Shown here: piece after piece, positions 59,722 through 64,000 of the stretch | How the letters are laid out: every line of letters begins with the position of its first letter | Position numbering within the stretch: position 1 is the first letter of the stretch | Source of the DNA: Catajapyx aquilonaris | Taxonomy: Eukaryota | NCBI GenBank assembly: GCA_000934665.2 | Contig: KZ538358.1 | Span: 1-64,000 of the forward strand | Direction: 5' to 3' | Length of the DNA: 64,000 nt | Position numbers and translations under genes: made by a program | Notes under the pieces: generated by a model | The model's input: only the letters and a program-made list of their open reading frames with translations | Told to the model about the DNA's origin: nothing | Databases searched by the model: none

Positions 59722-61629
59722 ATGAGTGGCAAAATTTTACTTGGCGTTCTCTTGTCCTGTGTTATCCTGCAGGTTGTGCTTGCGTCTCTTTCACCAGAGA
59801 ATGATGATTGCTCCCTGAAGAAAAAGAAGGGCAATTGCAAGGGTCGATTTCAACGCTACTATTACAACAAGGTAAGCAGCATGTAAGACAGTGACAGTCC
59901 TCAACGTGAGACTGAATATGCACATTTTGTTATGTTTTAAGAGGTTTTCAAGAGAAGGTGTAATAGCTGTGATTTGTTATCATTTAAATGGAAGTTGTTG
60001 CTTGGACAGTTTAGTGATACTACAAAGTGGTGAAAATTAGTTTAAATGCTACAACCTTCCTATTCTTTATGAGCTTCATACTGCCATAAGCCACTCGAAG
60101 TGTGAAAAGTGTTATTCGAACTTACTTAGTTCTAGGACAACAAAGACCTGCAGTGAAAATGGTATTCTTTGCATTAATTTACAATATTTTGATATGCTAC
60201 ATGTTACTTGCAAGCGTGGTTTGTGGTTTCTTTGTGGATTCTATCCTCAGCCTGGGCAGCTTTTGTCTTGATTATTTGAAGAAAACTTTGAAACGTATGC
60301 GCTCATGGATGTAAGGGTCCCGGGTTCATTGGGGCCCGGGCATTGGGGGGCATCTTGTGCAGAGTTCGTGGTCATCTCTGGCTTCGTCTCGGGTGGGATT
60401 CCTTGAGACTAACCACCCAGGGGGATTTCACAAAATGACCGCAGCAACGACATTGCCCTGCACTTCGCATATCCCCTCCCAGTCACCCTTCCCTCGCTCA
60501 CTATACCCGGGCGTTATGGAAAAGGACCAACAAAGCTTGTACACCTAAAAAGCAAATAAAGGTACCATGCCAGATGCCCATTAAATGGGAGGTGCACTAA
60601 CCCTATCATTATCATTATCATCATCATCATCATATGATGATAATGATAATAATAATGATAGGGTTAGTGCACCTCCCATTTAATGTTAAGGAGACTGTTA
60701 ACCCTTAACTACGTAGGTGGAGCCTGAGAGGCTCCAAGCACTATTTAAACGCATGTAACTTTATCATTGAATTTTATTTTCCCCTGGCCTTCTGCACCTT
60801 AAAACCAGATTTACCAATAGCTTACAATCTTTGACAAGAGCCAAACTGGAGGCCAGTCTTCTAATGATCTTGGATATGGCATAGATCAGATAACCTATTT
60901 ATCAAATATGGCCTTTACTCTGATTTTTATAGGTATAAATGACATTGTCCATGACCTATTTTACACTGGCAGGAATGAAATACGATATTTAAAACAAAAC
61001 TCCCCCATTTTTGATGCAACATTCAAGACAAGCCCTGTTTCCATTTTCATGGAAGCAGACTTACAGGCATATGCATATTGGAGGGATGATGATTAGGCAC
61101 TTTTTTTAACCACTTAACTGCTTTAATGTACTTCAGGAATAATAGCACTCATGACAAGACTTTCCTGAAATCTTGAGCTGTCACTAAATGGTGGCACATT
61201 ATTCCCTATTTCAGATTACCACCACTTGCAAGAAATTCAAGTATGGTGGATGTCGAGGAAATGCCAACAATTTTGTCTCAAGAGATGAATGCGAAAGAAC
61301 CTGCCATGATAAGGTATGTGGTCAGTGCCACTTTTATCCTTCTGGAAATTTCTAACTATATCTCCTTTCTGTAGCACCGCCACACTAAAAACCAACCATC
61401 TGATTATCATCGCTGCTTGCCTGCTCCTGTAGTGGGCCACTGCAAAGGCTATGTGACACGCTATGCCTATGATCAGGTAAATGCGTTGTCCAAGCTGTGA
61501 CTTTTTCGTCTCATATTTGGTTTCCTTCAGGAATCACACACCTGCAAGAAGTTTATTTATGGTGGATGTGGTGGAAACGAGAACAACTTCCGTAGTCTAC
61601 ATGAATGTAAGAAGAATTGTCTTCAGTGA
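59722..61629 (+). CDS. Secreted double Kunitz/BPTI-domain protease inhibitor (149 aa); exons 59722-59871, 61215-61313, 61375-61476, 61531-61629
   Basis: Signal peptide [21 protein letters not shown]. Domain 1: [45 protein letters not shown]. Domain 2: [45 protein letters not shown]. All introns are phase 0 GT-AG. Confidence 0.93.
60300..60635 (+). mobile_element. Diverged dominant-family SINE in Kunitz gene intron
   Basis: CATCTTGTGCAGAGTTC..TCTGGCTTCGTCTCGGGTGG body; the tail matches the 33982 subfamily. Confidence 0.8.
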
Positions 61630-64000
61630 ACCTGGACACACAAAACATACATGAGGAGCTTCAAGGGTGTTTCATTTTTTATCTTAATATGGGTATGAAA
61701 AACAAGCCACATGCATATGTAATAGTTCGAACTGTGCACAAAATCCTACGGGATGTCTGGTGTGGTAGTAGTGTTAAGTAGCAAGCCATGGAAAGTGTTC
61801 TGAAAACAGCTCACATCTACCATTGTTCAGGACAATGCAAAGTCCTTCACCTGCCCCTTTAATGGGGTCTACACACAGACAGTTTTACCAGTTTTGGTCT
61901 TAGTGTCAAGGATCTACCAATCGGCATGGACTACTAAGTCCTTCGCCCTGGAGGCTCCATGAAAACTGCCTGTATTGGCCTGTATGTAGACCCCTTAACT
62001 GTCTACAAAGGGCATGCTTCCCACACACTCCCACTAAAGGAGAAACGCAATACAAGTAATAAAATTTTTGAATTATCGTCTCCCTTTTCCTCAATGCGAG
62101 AATCACCTGAAAGAATTTCAGAGGATTCACAGCAGCCTGCTCAACACGTCATTTGTGCACTGGTTTGTGATCCATAACCTGGTTTAGAAACATATTCAAG
62201 GCTACTGCCAGCAGTATAATAAAATCAAACTCACTACTATGACTGAAATTTCAAATAGGATCAGAGCAACCTGTACTTGGAGTTCCACATGCACAAGTCC
62301 ATTCCTTCATTTGCAGAAAAAACATTTTTTGAATGCTCCCTCATGTCATGTCTTGGGAAGTGTGCTACAAGAGCCACAAACTAACTTTTCCAGGAACACT
62401 GAATGTAGTAAGGAGAGCTCAACAGGGTAATCGTTTCGACGTTGTAGTGCCACTGCACCAATACAGTAAAAACAACAAATATAAAAACCAAGATTTTTAA
62501 TATGCCATTTATCCAAACAGTAACATTCAGCAAGTAAGCACTTGTATTGTGTACCGTCCTGTTTTCAGCATTTTGCTTTTTCATGTTATTTCTTAAATAT
62601 ATATATAATATTATGTATAGTGTATACTGTATATATATATATTTTTAATCATCCCACAGTTTGTCACTGGGAGTGGAGTAAATTAAAGTGGGTGGAGTGA
62701 GGTGGGGGCAGTTTAGGAATAATTATCACTGGATTCATGAAACATAACAAATTAGAAGTAATTTGAGGGGTTGGTCCATAATATTGCTGACAAGGCAGAA
62801 CAAATGAACAGAATGAAAGAGTATACAAGTACACCTTGTGTCACAAAAGTCAGTCCAGATCAGTGTAGGTGGAAAGTTCACATAATCACCTAACTCAAGT
62901 TGGATGCTTTGTAAAAGGTGTGGCGAACTGCATGCGTAAGCATGCGGTGTGTGCGACTCTTAGCCAAGCTACCACCTGGAGTCCTTGGGATATTTCCACT
63001 GATACAGATCTGGGTTGATTTTTGTTCCACATTGCACATACATATAACAGAAATGCATTTTTTTCCCCAGAAAAGCTGTTCCATCAAGCAGCAAACAAAA
63101 ATACCCAATTTTATTTCAGGCAAGGGCTATTTTGTCACTGGTAAATTTACTTCCCAGTTTGGGGTTTCCAAAAATGTGCCAACTCCATTTGACGACTGTC
63201 ATTTTTCCCTTCATTTCCACAATGTTCTTCCTTCATTCCAATATTATTAAATACATTAAAAACATGTCATTTGCTTTTTCACTGGTACACCAAAAACTCA
63301 AGACTGATTCCTACACAAGTCAGGTGCGAAAAAGGTGTGACTCTACACTTTTTTGGGGGGAGCAAGGGGGGGAGGGTGGGAAGGGATTTGATTTTTAGTT
63401 GTAGTCTGCCTGCTTTTTTTCAATATACTACATCTGTACAAAGAGCTAAAAGCAAGTGGAAGAATACAAGTCCTTAAAAAAAAGTTTTTTTTTGCTGTTT
63501 TCTATTTTGTATTCACACAGCACTAAATTCACTACAAACCGTTAAATTGAACACAGTTAATTTTTTTGGTTGTTGGAGAATTTTTTGTCTTCCTTAATTT
63601 AATTTCTCACAGCTTTTAAAATCACGATGACACTTAACTGTTTTTGTATTTTTTTTTCAATATTGTACAACGTTTTTTTCCCGTTTACGGTTTTTAGAAA
63701 AATTTTCTTACGAGATGAGTAGTAAGTCATGAGGGCATATTTGGGGTTCCTGGGGCTTTTTTTTTTTTCTTGAAGGAGATGGGCATATGGGAAAAGAGGA
63801 AGGAAGTGGTTAGGATAGGCAGGTAATTGATTACATGTTAAATTTGTTAGGTGGTTAAGTAAGCAGACCCAAATTATAAAAAAAATTACCAGCCTTAGTG
63901 TTACACTTTTCACAAGTAACAAGAGTTGGTTTTTCTTAAGTCAATGGCATTGGAACTGAATCTTGATAGGGGGAGGCCACCACTTTCTGTTTCAAGTGCC

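Overview
Eukaryotic genomic DNA, most likely from an insect or other arthropod (inferred from the protein sequences, CpG-depleted gene bodies and tRNA-SINE/MITE content). It contains six intron-containing genes: USF (+, 5' end outside the window), V-ATPase catalytic subunit A (-), NAA50/san (+), B4GAT1 (-), a divergent RpS29 (+) and a secreted double-Kunitz inhibitor (+). V-ATPase A/NAA50 and B4GAT1/RpS29 are head-to-head pairs sharing CpG-rich promoters. Introns and intergenic DNA hold many tRNA-derived SINEs (one with a V-SINE core), MITEs, and mariner, Tigger and LINE remnants, often nested. The most notable observations are: (1) an orphan ORF with a TATA box, Kozak context and myristoylation motif inside NAA50 intron 1, cut by a LINE; (2) a decayed, apparently intronless SSRP1 copy; (3) two GC-AG introns among about 18 coding introns; (4) a divergent RpS29 with two extra cysteines; (5) a covarying RNA stem-loop shared by otherwise different SINE tails; (6) E-box/M-box motifs around the V-ATPase A promoter. 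All homology calls come from recognising motifs by eye; no database search was run.
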